Shown: in pieces, positions 10,260 to 21,500 of the stretch
How positions within the stretch are numbered: the stretch's first letter is position 1
Layout of the letters: each line of letters starts with the position of its first letter
Virus record (IMG/VR): IMGVR_UViG_3300028591_000119
Coordinates: 32,001-96,000 of that record
Source of the DNA: a virus
Lineage: Duplodnaviria; Caudoviricetes
DNA length: 64,000 nucleotides
Direction: 5' to 3' (one strand)
Translations under genes and position numbers: made by a program
The notes under the pieces: model-generated
Seen by the model: the letters and a program-made list of their open reading frames with translations, nothing else
The model's database searches: none
Told to the model about the DNA's origin: nothing

Positions 10260-11330
10260 ATGCAAGAAGACGACCTGAATATTCTTCAAAGAATAACAGC
10301 AAAAAATAAAGTCCGTTATGATGAACTTGATGTAAATATTAAAGACAAAATAGTTGGTACAAATTGTTATGTATTAATTGATTTTATGTCTTTATTTACA
10401 AATGTACAATCTTTCAAAGAAGGTTTAATTGACGATAAAGATTTTGATATGCACGTTGCTATAGAATGTTTGAATATATATGCTCATTATAAACATTATT
10501 TTCAGACACGCGATGCCAATCACGTTATTTTAATAGGATTCGTTAAAGATAAATACTTCTATGAAAAGAATAAAAATATTATGGATATGTTGTACGAATT
10601 TTCGAAATTCTTTCCAAACATATACACTATTCCGAATATAATAAATAAAGGATTGAATACTCATATTGTAGAAAATGTTATAATTAATATGAGAGGAGCT
10701 TTCAATTCAAGTCAAGCAAAGCAATCTGCGATATTTTTAATGTCATCAAATTCATCAGATAGACAATTGTTATTTGCTTTTCCTACTAAAACCGCTTATA
10801 CCATATTTAAAGGATATGGTTTTGGACCAACCACATTTATAAGTAAAGAAGATATTTTACTAAAAATAATGAAAAAACAAGAATATTTAGATAATTTTAA
10901 TCATAAAGCCGAATTAGAATATCTTAATGTTTTATTAGGAAAATTCTTCAACACCGTGAAATTTAAAAATCCTAGATTCGATAAAGCCACGATAAATTAT
11001 AAACATACTAGAATACAAGATAAAATAGATATACTGAATGATTTTGTTGAAAAAACATATAATCCTTCCTTAACAGATAATATGTGTTTACAATTTATGA
11101 AATATTTATTAAATATCGGTGATGTTGATGATGATGGATTTAGTAAACTTTCAGAATATGAACAATTCTATGATTATAGATTCCAAAATTCTTCAAGAAT
11201 AGATGAAATAACTGTACCATTGTTTAGACAATGGAAACAGAAAATAAAAGATTATTCTATCTCAAGAGAATCTGAAAATTATAAATTATTAGTATCACAT
11301 ATGATGTATACTAATTGGTTATTAACATAA
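10260..11330 (+). CDS. Hypothetical protein, possibly a degenerate PIN/5'-3' exonuclease fold
   Basis: 356 aa, AAGGAG SD; YVLIDFMSLF resembles the first strand of T4 RNase H/FEN nucleases. Confidence 0.35.
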   Translation: MQEDDLNILQRITAKNKVRYDELDVNIKDKIVGTNCYVLIDFMSLFTNVQSFKEGLIDDKDFDMHVAIECLNIYAHYKHYFQTRDANHVILIGFVKDKYFYEKNKNIMDMLYEFSKFFPNIYTIPNIINKGLNTHIVENVIINMRGAFNSSQAKQSAIFLMSSNSSDRQLLFAFPTKTAYTIFKGYGFGPTTFISKEDILLKIMKKQEYLDNFNHKAELEYLNVLLGKFFNTVKFKNPRFDKATINYKHTRIQDKIDILNDFVEKTYNPSLTDNMCLQFMKYLLNIGDVDDDGFSKLSEYEQFYDYRFQNSSRIDEITVPLFRQWKQKIKDYSISRESENYKLLVSHMMYTNWLLT

Positions 11331-11340
11331 AGGTAAAAAT

Positions 11341-12804
11341 ATGAGTGCACAAGAAGAAATCCCAGATATAAAAGATGAGAATAAACAATTTTATTTATAT
11401 AAGTGGTACTTTGAGTTTTATGATGCGGACAATGAAAAAAATAAAATATTCCCAGATAAAGTTATAAAAATAGTAAAACATTCTCCGTATAAACAAAAAG
11501 TACTACCTATACTAACTGCGACTATGCGTTTCACTAATATTGATTTAGTGAAACTAAAAAATATACAAAAAAGATGTTTATGTACGATTACATGTAAAAG
11601 TTTAATTATGTCACCAAATGATTCATCCGATGAAACTGTTGCATCAGGTCATTCATATACATTAAGTGATTCTAAAATAGAATTTTCTTCTACATTTGAA
11701 CCAGTCTTTGATAAAAACACTTTTAAAAGTAAATTTAATGATGATGAAACTGTTGAAAATGAAGAAAATAAAGAAGTTAATGATACTGATAATACACCTG
11801 ATTCGCCAACACAAGTAGTTTATATTACTTTCTTTAATTTAAGTGCTCAAAAAGCTATCAAAAATCTATACAATATCGTAATAGAAGAAGGAGCAACTGT
11901 TGGAACAGTGCTGGAATGGATTTGTTCAGAAACAGGATTGAAATATATAATAGATAAACCTGCTAACCAAAATGAACAACCTGAAATTATAATTCCTCCA
12001 TTATCACTTGTACCTGCTATAAATTACATGCAAGAAATGTTTGGCGTATATGAAAACGGATTACAAACGTTTATCGATCTTTATGATAAAGATAATATCA
12101 TTTATGTTTTAGATAAATTCAACATTGAACATGATAGAAAACATGGTGATACGCCACTAACACATGTATACTATTTAGATATCGATAAAACTGGTCCTAA
12201 CAGTATGATTAGATCTGAAAACGATGATAAAGAAGGAATGTATATAGGTATACCATTGATGAGATTTTCAAATGATGAGGTAATGAAAGGAGAATTATTA
12301 GGAAATAATTTTATATTTTCATCTTTTGAACAAAGTATTGACGCAGTTTCGTTCGATACAGATAATAAAGTTGTTTCTGGCACTGAAAAAGAAGTTGCAA
12401 CTGTAATGAAACGAAATACCGAAACACATAAATCCAGTGGTGAAAAGACCGTATGTGATTACGATGAACTAAACAATTTATTGAATATGGCGAGTCAATT
12501 TAACGCTATAGAATCATACGCTGAACGAATACATATGATTTTACAGAATGTAAAGATAGATGATTTTGCTGTGAATAAAATCATTGAAATGCATTTTCAA
12601 AATACCACAAAAAATTTGCAATTAGGTGGAAAATATTATTTAAATGACGTTGAATACACGTTCGATTTATTACCTAGTGCAAATACAGTATTTAAAATAG
12701 ATAGTAATTTTACTGAAGAAACTGATTTAGGATATACACCAGCAGTAACTAGTTGTAGATGTACTGTAGATATATCTAGAAGAAACCCATCTAAAAAGGC
12801 TTAA
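11341..12804 (+). CDS. Putative baseplate hub/virion structural protein
   Basis: 487 aa; near tail genes; IIIPPLSLVPAINYMQEMFGVYENG is reminiscent of jumbo-phage hub proteins. Confidence 0.4.
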   Translation: MSAQEEIPDIKDENKQFYLYKWYFEFYDADNEKNKIFPDKVIKIVKHSPYKQKVLPILTATMRFTNIDLVKLKNIQKRCLCTITCKSLIMSPNDSSDETVASGHSYTLSDSKIEFSSTFEPVFDKNTFKSKFNDDETVENEENKEVNDTDNTPDSPTQVVYITFFNLSAQKAIKNLYNIVIEEGATVGTVLEWICSETGLKYIIDKPANQNEQPEIIIPPLSLVPAINYMQEMFGVYENGLQTFIDLYDKDNIIYVLDKFNIEHDRKHGDTPLTHVYYLDIDKTGPNSMIRSENDDKEGMYIGIPLMRFSNDEVMKGELLGNNFIFSSFEQSIDAVSFDTDNKVVSGTEKEVATVMKRNTETHKSSGEKTVCDYDELNNLLNMASQFNAIESYAERIHMILQNVKIDDFAVNKIIEMHFQNTTKNLQLGGKYYLNDVEYTFDLLPSANTVFKIDSNFTEETDLGYTPAVTSCRCTVDISRRNPSKKA

Positions 12805-12816
12805 TTTTAAATAGTT

Positions 12817-12828
12817 AACATCTATATG
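12817..12828 (+). promoter_or_regulatory. Putative late promoter AACA-N6-TG driving a non-coding region
   Basis: AACAtctataTG; no credible + strand ORF before the terminator at 13192. Confidence 0.55.
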
Positions 12829-13230
12829 ACCTTGATTTTATATGGTAAAACGAGGTAGTAGATGGGCACCTGCTAGATAATCTTTACAAATCAAATAAAG
12901 ATCGGTAAAATGTATTAAATAGAATAAATTTATACGTCCTCTCCTTATATATACTTTTTAAGTTTTTTTTCAAATGAAAACCCTTCTTTTTTGTTTGTTT
13001 TTTATTAAAATAATGAAAACTGAGCTGCTAATATAAACTTCTTCAACTTCACAAATCCATGTCATGAATAGAATTATATTGTTTTTGTCATTAAATATCT
13101 CCAAAAATACGATACTTTTGATTTGAAGGATTATTAAACAACTGTCTATGTCCACCGATATAACGTCGTTATATCAATGGTGGGCATTATTAATAAATAG
13201 AACAGGAGGGTTTTCCCTCCTGTTCTATTT
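12828..13230 (+). ncRNA. Candidate structured ncRNA (~400 nt)
   Basis: Late-type promoter, three adjacent 5' hairpins, long 3' hairpin, terminator; G-U pairs favour the + strand. Confidence 0.5.
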
Positions 13231-13234
13231 ATTA
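13192..13234. terminator. Bidirectional terminator
   Basis: AATAAATAGAACAGGAGGG-tttt-CCCTCCTGTTCTATTTATT. Confidence 0.85.
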
Positions 13235-15517
13235 ATAATAAGAAGATGGAGGAGTAGTTTTAAACGGATTAGTTGCTACACCAAATTTCTTTGTTGTATC
13301 CGAAATAACTTTTCCTAATGGACCTCCACCCACTACTTTTATCATAAGATTGGTTCTACCTACTGTTCCATCATTTCCATCACCAAAACCAAATACATCG
13401 TATGAACGTAATGTGTTGTTTAAATCTTTAAGTTTATGATTAAAGATATTCATCAAGTTCGCCCTTTCTATAAAATCTATACCAGCTAAATTAGCAATGA
13501 AATTATTCATCCCCATATTACCTGCTTTTGAAATCGAATTAATACCACCATCCAAACCAGCAGCAACATCAGGTAACATGTCTTTAATAGAAATCGATAT
13601 CGAAGTTGTTCTGAAAAATCCTTCAACTGTTCTATCGTTATTATCTTCACCTCTGTTTATAGAGAAAGATGTGATCATTCCCATAGGAACAGAAAATAAA
13701 CCTTTGCAGAACACTTTCACATAGAACGGATTAGTATAACTTTGTATACCTATTTTTCTAGGAGCAGCTAAACATGTGAAAAAACTTATTGGAACATATT
13801 CGTTTTCATATATAGATAATCTATGACCATACGGTGTTCTTAGTTTCATTGAGATAGAATATGATTTATCATAAGTTGAGTCCGACCATACATCAGGTAA
13901 AATGAATCTACCTAAACCTGAGGCGACCATGCCTGCTTCTGATGATAATCCGATTTCAGCTAATCCTTGTTTCACGACATTCGATGCACTATTTAACACG
14001 GATCCTTTCACGTTATCAATAATTGCTGTTGGATCACCCATGTTAATATCGGCTACTGGATCGCCAACAATGCTCGTTAATCGTGTTTGATTAGCTTCAT
14101 TGAATTGATTATTATATTGGTCTTTTACAGGATGTGCCATAGTAGAGTTTGAAAATGATTCTGATGAAGTAGCACCTTTATCAATAGCCACAGGAATAGT
14201 TAAATCAGCATAATCCCATCCTGAAATTTTATTTCTTTCATCAATATCAGGTTCTTGATAAGATTTATCTGAACGTGTAGATATTTTTTTATGCCTAAAT
14301 TGGGGTAACATTCGTAACGCTGACAATATTCCTTTGAAATCACACTCATCGTCTAATGCGCCTAGATATCCGTTTCTTATTTCTACAGAAGTACCGTCTG
14401 GTGTTATATCATATGTAGTTTTATTGGTACTATCTCTAGCTAGTGGGTTATCTGCATTTCCTTTATCACCAAACGCATCTTTAGCAGAATCGTATTTCAG
14501 TGATTTATCAAAATCAACAAAATCAGTATTGAAAGCATTGCTATCATTGCCAAATGAAACTAAACCCATCCACATTGCAAGTTCGGCTACCATCTCATTT
14601 ACAAATTTTATATATTTGCTAAACTCAGGTGTCCATTTATACCAAGTAGCAGTATCAAGAACAATTTTTGATCCAAAAGATAATACAGATTTAGCAACTG
14701 CTGAGGTTTTAGATGCTAACCATTTCATAGGTCCACCTTCACCCCTTAAATATTCCTGATATCTTGCACTTTGCTGATTTATAAAACCACTTGCTAATTT
14801 TATACCTGACGTATTAACTTTTACAGTCCCAGGTTGAAAATACACTATAGGCATATTGTAATCGTATATTTCCTCAGAATATAAACGTCCTATTTGAGGT
14901 CTACGAAAATCACTACGTACATCATCGATTTCATTGAATTGGAATGACGGGTTTATGACATTAGCTTCACCCATTCTAAGACCATGTGATTTTTTAGCAT
15001 ATTCTTTATAACTTTCTATTTCAGAAATGTAATTACCGAATCTATGATTCATGTTGTTTTCGAACATAGCTTTTATGTATGTTGAGTCTTCTAAACCATT
15101 GTTTTCATAATCATCCCAATTATAAACGTTTTTATCTTTAGACTTACTTTTACTTTTAGCTGTTACATTTTTCATAATATTCGTCAGAATATTATCTGAT
15201 GATAAATTTGGTGAACCTAATTGTAATATATCAAAAGAATTAACTTTCTCTTGGGACATAGCATCTAACATCCTCTCGGACATATGTCTTCCTAAATCCC
15301 TAAGAGTAAGTTTTCTACCTTTTGAAAACGGTGCACCTAATTCAGTCAAATATACTCGTCCGTTATCTAAATTATAATCCAATCTTGATCTTACATCTAC
15401 TTCTTCATTTTTACCATCAAAAACGCTATCTATTAATTGATTATTAGTAGATAGCGATGATGGATTTGTTGAAGGATTTCCGATGTATTGTTCTTTCATA
15501 TACATCATCTCAGACAT
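13232..15517 (-). CDS. Putative tail tube initiator/baseplate protein
   Basis: 761 aa directly downstream of tape measure; C-terminal PDVWSDS...YSISMKL...PFYVKV...GMITSFSINRG resembles gp48/gp54-like tube-fold proteins. Confidence 0.5.
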   Translation of the reverse strand: MSEMMYMKEQYIGNPSTNPSSLSTNNQLIDSVFDGKNEEVDVRSRLDYNLDNGRVYLTELGAPFSKGRKLTLRDLGRHMSERMLDAMSQEKVNSFDILQLGSPNLSSDNILTNIMKNVTAKSKSKSKDKNVYNWDDYENNGLEDSTYIKAMFENNMNHRFGNYISEIESYKEYAKKSHGLRMGEANVINPSFQFNEIDDVRSDFRRPQIGRLYSEEIYDYNMPIVYFQPGTVKVNTSGIKLASGFINQQSARYQEYLRGEGGPMKWLASKTSAVAKSVLSFGSKIVLDTATWYKWTPEFSKYIKFVNEMVAELAMWMGLVSFGNDSNAFNTDFVDFDKSLKYDSAKDAFGDKGNADNPLARDSTNKTTYDITPDGTSVEIRNGYLGALDDECDFKGILSALRMLPQFRHKKISTRSDKSYQEPDIDERNKISGWDYADLTIPVAIDKGATSSESFSNSTMAHPVKDQYNNQFNEANQTRLTSIVGDPVADINMGDPTAIIDNVKGSVLNSASNVVKQGLAEIGLSSEAGMVASGLGRFILPDVWSDSTYDKSYSISMKLRTPYGHRLSIYENEYVPISFFTCLAAPRKIGIQSYTNPFYVKVFCKGLFSVPMGMITSFSINRGEDNNDRTVEGFFRTTSISISIKDMLPDVAAGLDGGINSISKAGNMGMNNFIANLAGIDFIERANLMNIFNHKLKDLNNTLRSYDVFGFGDGNDGTVGRTNLMIKVVGGGPLGKVISDTTKKFGVATNPFKTTPPSSYY

Positions 15518-15534
15518 AATTTAACCTTCCTTCA

Positions 15535-18500
15535 TTATATACCTGATGCATTTCGATACGCACCGTCTATCAAATCGGACGAAACATCATCGATTTGTTC
15601 TTTATATTTACCTTTATTATTAATTTTATTTATTAACAAAGGATCACTCATCATTGTACTTAAAACTTTCATAAGATTTTCAAAGAAATCTTCTGACACT
15701 TTATTATGTCTTGTTTGTTCTTGATATATCTTACTTTGAAGTTCAAGAGCTTTATTGAGTATTATTAAGGTATCTCTATCATTTGTAACCATTGGACTTT
15801 CTGATAATCTGACTGGATGTCTAGCTGTCGTTCCTTTTACAGATTCTTCATATTCATAATGCTTGATCTTATTGAATAACGCAGTTTGTTGTTTCTTATT
15901 TAAAACCATTTCACCCGGATTTAAACGTGTCAATGTTTTATCGCCGAAATCCTTTAAATGGTTGATAGGTTTAACATATCCAATCTTTTCATCAGTTCCA
16001 AGCCGTTGAACTATACCACCATTAGCAAATCTTTGTTGAGCATCTTTATCCTCAAAATGAGGTAGATCTTGATGATTAGTCCAATTTCCTCCCCATTCAA
16101 TTCCTTTTCTTTTAGCGATTTCTCCAAGAGAAGCAACCGACGATTTATCTAATTTATTCAAATTGAAATCTACGGCATTTCCTTCAAGATGATTAGAATT
16201 TAAAGTCCATGTATTCTTAGAATTATCACCACCCCAGAATTTAAGACCGCCGAATCCTGCTAATTTTAGGATATCATCCGCCATTTTATCAGAAGCACGT
16301 CCTTTAGAGAAATATGCGAATTGTGTGAATGGGTTGCGTTTTGTTTCATTTATCGGTAAATCTTTTGGCCATTCATCTTCGGACATCATATCTTTGAGTT
16401 TACGTCTAAATGAATTGTTTAAAATAGAAATATCTTTACTTTGTCTTCCAACAATCTTATCATTTATTTTACTGAAAACAACCTTGATCGCTTTCATATC
16501 GTTAGAATCGAACATTGATTGAGCTTCAGCTTCAAGTGTTTTATATGTTTTAGGATCAGTAAAATATCGCACAGCTTCTGATGGATTTTTTATCTCAGCA
16601 AACGTAGGATATTTTTCTTCAAAACTACCATCTTTAGATTTTTTATCATATTTTGTTTGTTTCTTAACAGAAGTTTTTTCAGATTTCTCATCACGTTCAT
16701 CCATATTGAAATCTGTTTTAAAATCTTCATACTGATCATCTGTTAAACCTAATTTTTTAGCATAACGTTTATCTTCCGATGATTTAGTGTGGAAGAAATC
16801 ATACATCTTATCAGAGAATGATTTGTTAGAATGCTCTACTAATTTACCAGCATCAACACCATATTTATTAGCTCTATCTTTAATCTTATCTTGATTCTTC
16901 TTCCATTCATCCATCTCATCATCTGATGCAACTTCTCTATAAATCATTTGTATAAGTTCATCATCTGGTAAGAATGCTGACATTGTAGCAAGCGAAGCCG
17001 AAACAATCATTCCTGCTCCACCTGGAATAAATGAAGGAAGTCCAATAATAATAGATTTTATAGCTTCATATAAACCTGATACTGATTTCATTTTTCCTGA
17101 TACAGTATTCTTAGAAACTTTAAATATTCGTCCAGCGTTATTGTATCCTGAAATAAATGATACAATTGCATCTGTTACTAATATTCCTGCTTGAATTATT
17201 GTTCCGATTCCAGGGAATGCACCTGCTGCATTTTTCAATCCAGCTTTTGTGGTAGTTTTAGCAGCATTTTCCGCAGCACCCTTAGCTATCTTATCAGATA
17301 ATTTAGGAGCAATTTTTTGTAATGCTTTAGCTGCTCCTGGCCATCTTTTCTTTAAATTTTTAGCCAATCCGAAGAATGCTTTAGAGAACATTTCTTTCAG
17401 TTGCATAGCGAAATCTTTTCCGCCTTCTTTGACAGCAGTCTTAGCAATGTTCGCTACAGTTTTTGCTCCACCTTTAGTTGCAGCAGCTGTAACACCAGCA
17501 TCTATTGTAGATTTTACAAATCTAGTCTTTAATGCATGGTTAACATTGTCTGTTGTTCTATCTAAGAATTTCTGAACTTTGCCTTTCTTTTTACCACTAG
17601 CAGTATAATCGGTATGTGTTTCTTTAGTAAATAGGCCAGTAACACCGTCTTCTTTAACCCTACTAATCTTATTTTTTATACCATTTATTCCACCAGTTAT
17701 AACACCAACTGATCCTATTACTGCTCCAATAGTAGTTAATATTTTACCTGCTTTCTTAGCAAAATCTCCAAAACCAGATTTATCACTACTTCCACCTTTA
17801 TCTTTTTTAGCAGCATCAGTAGCGTTTTGTTTAAGATTAGCAAGATTTATGGCTAAAATACCTGACAATAATGCCGCAGTATGATCACCTGTTCTCTTAG
17901 CAACATCTTTCATTTGCTGTTTTATTTCAGTGAAATCGGTTTTCTTAGCAACTTTTTCAGCTTTTTCAGTTTTAGCTTTAGTTAATTTATCGAATAACGT
18001 AGAAAAACCTATAAGGATTTTATTTTTAGCAGGACGTTTTAATTTGTCTCTACCTTCTTTAGTTTTTATATCTTCAACAATAGATTCACCATTTTTAACA
18101 ACATTATCTACTGCTCTTTTAGTTTTTGTCTTAATTTTATTTTTAGTAGAAACTACTTTATCTTTAGCAGTATGTTTTAATTTGTCTCTACCTTCTTTAG
18201 TTTTTATATCTTCAACGATAGATTCGCCATTTTTAACAACATTATCTACTGCTCTTTTAGTTCCAGACAATAATGCTGCAGTATGATCACCTTTCTTAGC
18301 GACTCTTTCAGTTTTTGTATTAATTTTATTTTTAGTAGAAACTACTTTATCTTTAGCTTTCTTAGTTTTTCTAGTTTTTACTTCATACATGTTATCAATT
18401 TCGTCAGTCGATGGTCCGTCTTCTATACCAAAGAATCTATTCCATCTTTGTTTACGTAATAATCTAGCTTCTTCTTTCAATTTATTTTTTGAAAGACCTG

Positions 18501-21500
18501 CTTCACTTTCTGCACCAGAATAATCTGGTGTGCTAAAACCAAAGAATTGACCTATTTTACCAAATCCACCTTTCATCTTGTTGAATCCACGTTGTAAGAA
18601 ATTCTGATTCTCAGGTTTTTCTCGTGATGCTTTAGTATCTGCTTTTACATCTTTACATAATCGTTTAAACTCTTTAGAACGTCTTATAGCATTAGCTTGA
18701 GCTGCCTTACCATTATTTTCCCATCTACTAAGAATAGCTTCCATAGCCATATGTATTGATTCTGGATTAGATAAATCTAATTCTGGGTCTTTCTTAGTTC
18801 TATTACTATTAATAAGCATAACTAATGTAGGATATCTAGATCTATTACGAGCAGATTTACTTGATGTATTTTTCTTCATCTCATCAAGATTTAATTCACT
18901 GACAGCTATACCTTTCTTAAGAACAGCTTTCTGAAGATTAATATATGCTTTAGATTGACGAATGACATCATATGTTTTTCTATTCTTCTTTTTACTTCCC
19001 CAAGCATCGAGCATAGAATAAATCATTGCTGGGTCTTTCTCATATTCTATTTCTTCATGACCATTAGCTTTAAGGAAATCTATAAAGAATCTATATTTGA
19101 AATGTCTAAGGCGATTTACGCCTTTCTTAACATTATTAATTTTATCTTCAATCTCTTGAACAATCCATCCTTTACCAGAACGCATTGTTTCACTGAGACG
19201 TTTATATTCTTTAGTGTTCATGATAGCGTCTTTAACTCGTCTTTGTTCTTTAGTTTTAGTACTTAACGAGTTAATTGTAGCATAAAGCATGTATTTATCC
19301 ATACCATACACATTAGTTTTTAATTCCCCAGGACCCTTATTTCCATTCAATGTTTGGTCAAGTAATCCTACAAGATTTCTATACATAAATGTACGATGGA
19401 TCATTAATTGTGCTCCATGAACAGTTTTTGTAAATTTTTGAGCTATATCTTTTCCTAAATCTTGAATTTTCTCTTTTATACTTGGTTTATAAGCTCTAGC
19501 TTCGAGCTCTTTAAATTCAGGATGTGATCTTAACTGATTTCCAAGTCTACCTTTAGTTGCCATAACAAGAGCATAAAGATCTCGCGGTTTCATAGTAGGA
19601 GCATCTATATGACCTTGTTGTAACAATGCTCCTCGTATAGTAGTGAATTGTCTACCAATTTTACTTCCTATAGTTCTGCCTAATAAAGCTCCACCGCCAG
19701 CTCCTGCTGCTGCTCCTAATGGACCGCCAAATATCAATCCACCAAGACCACCTATTCCTGCGCCAAGTTTAGTACCAAGACTTCTACCATTTCCACCAAC
19801 ATCTATAGTCTTAAGACCATTGGATTTAGCTTTGTTTACTTCACCCTTTATAACACCAAAACCATTTTTAAGTAAAGTACCTATTGCTCCGCCTGTTCCT
19901 TTTAAACGACTAAATCCTTCCTTCCAATCACCTGATCCAAATGCTTCGGCAGCTGATTTTCCTTGGTGATATACTTCTGCTCCATCCATAAGAGCTTTAG
20001 CGCCTAATTTCATATAAGTTTTCTTAAGTTCTTTCTTAGTACTATTCCATTTCTTTTTAAGTTTAGGATGGGAATTTAATTCTTTTTTGAATACAGCTTC
20101 TACTTTTTCAATTGGTGTTTCTGTAGAGCCATCATCTTTTATACCTGTAAGTTTTAGCATCCTGTCTAAAATAGATGCTTCTTCGTCATCAATATTTTCA
20201 GATATATCAGATTTTATCTTAGGAGTATCGTTAACTGCATCAGACGTTAAAGAACTATTTTTTCTATTCTTAACTTTACTCTTGAGTTCTTTAACTTTAT
20301 CTATATCAGCTTTTACTCCTGATACTACTAAATTTCCAGCAGCTCCTACACCAAAAGCGATTGCTAATACAGGTGTTCCAACAATTATACGTATACCTGT
20401 ATTTATAGCTTTTGCTGCAGTTTTAGCTCCTCGTAAACCTTTATCTATAACGGCTTTAAATTTAATGTATCTAGGAAGACCTTTATCTATTATGATTGAA
20501 GAATCATAATTATCAATTGTCTTTTTGAATTTAGGATCATTTTTATGCTGATTTACAGTTTCTTCTACAATCGTAGCTGATTCGAGATAAGCATCTTCTA
20601 ACGATAATTCTGGCTGTTCTTGTCGTATTAATTCGGCACCTGCTATAGTTATCATTATAGCTTGTTCATCTACACTAGTTTTATCTACTTTATTTTTGGT
20701 AGAAACCACTTTATCTTTAGCAGCTTGTTTTAATGATGTTCTACCCTCTTTAGTTTTCATAGCTTCAGCAACGAGTTCGGCACCTGCTACCGCATCAGAA
20801 TTAATTGTTTCTGCTATATTTTTCATTCGTGTTCCAATATTAATTTTTTCATTCTTATCGATATCTCGTACACGAATTATATATTTATTAGATATGTCGG
20901 ATGCTAAAGAACCCAATTGGTTTAAGATTTTATTTATTTTTGAATCTTCAGACTTAGCCTTACTTCCGTCTACATCAGATTTCAATATTTTTATTTTGTT
21001 TTCACTAGATTTAATAAGACTATCAATTAAACTCAATTGTTTATTATAAAAAGCAATTTTAGTTTTATCAGATTTCTTTTCAGAACCAGTTAATTCTTTT
21101 ATATTATCTTCTAGTGTAGCTTTTCTTTCTCTAAACGATTTTAAAGCATTTTCAGTATTCTGTAAATCAATAGCGGAATATGATTGTGTACCAAAAAGGC
21201 TACTTCCATCAGATTCACCTAGTCCAAATAATTTACTATATAATGTCGAAGTTGTATCTATAGCAGCATTTGCTCCTCTATTGATAATATTATCATTAGC
21301 AAATTTAGATGAACCTGATAGTGGATTTACGTAAGACAGCCAGTTATATTGCATAAGTCGTTGTTCACGATTGAATTTAACTCGTTCAGCATATAACTTA
21401 GCTCTTTCTGACATCTGTTTGCTCATAAAGTCTTTTTCATATCTTTCACTCTTTAGTCTAGCGCCAGATGCTTCTTTATCCATCACTTTGATAGCACTTC

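Noticed and set aside
12970-13155. 61-aa - strand ORF in the non-coding gap
   Set aside because: No SD, lies just past a strong terminator, low-complexity composition.
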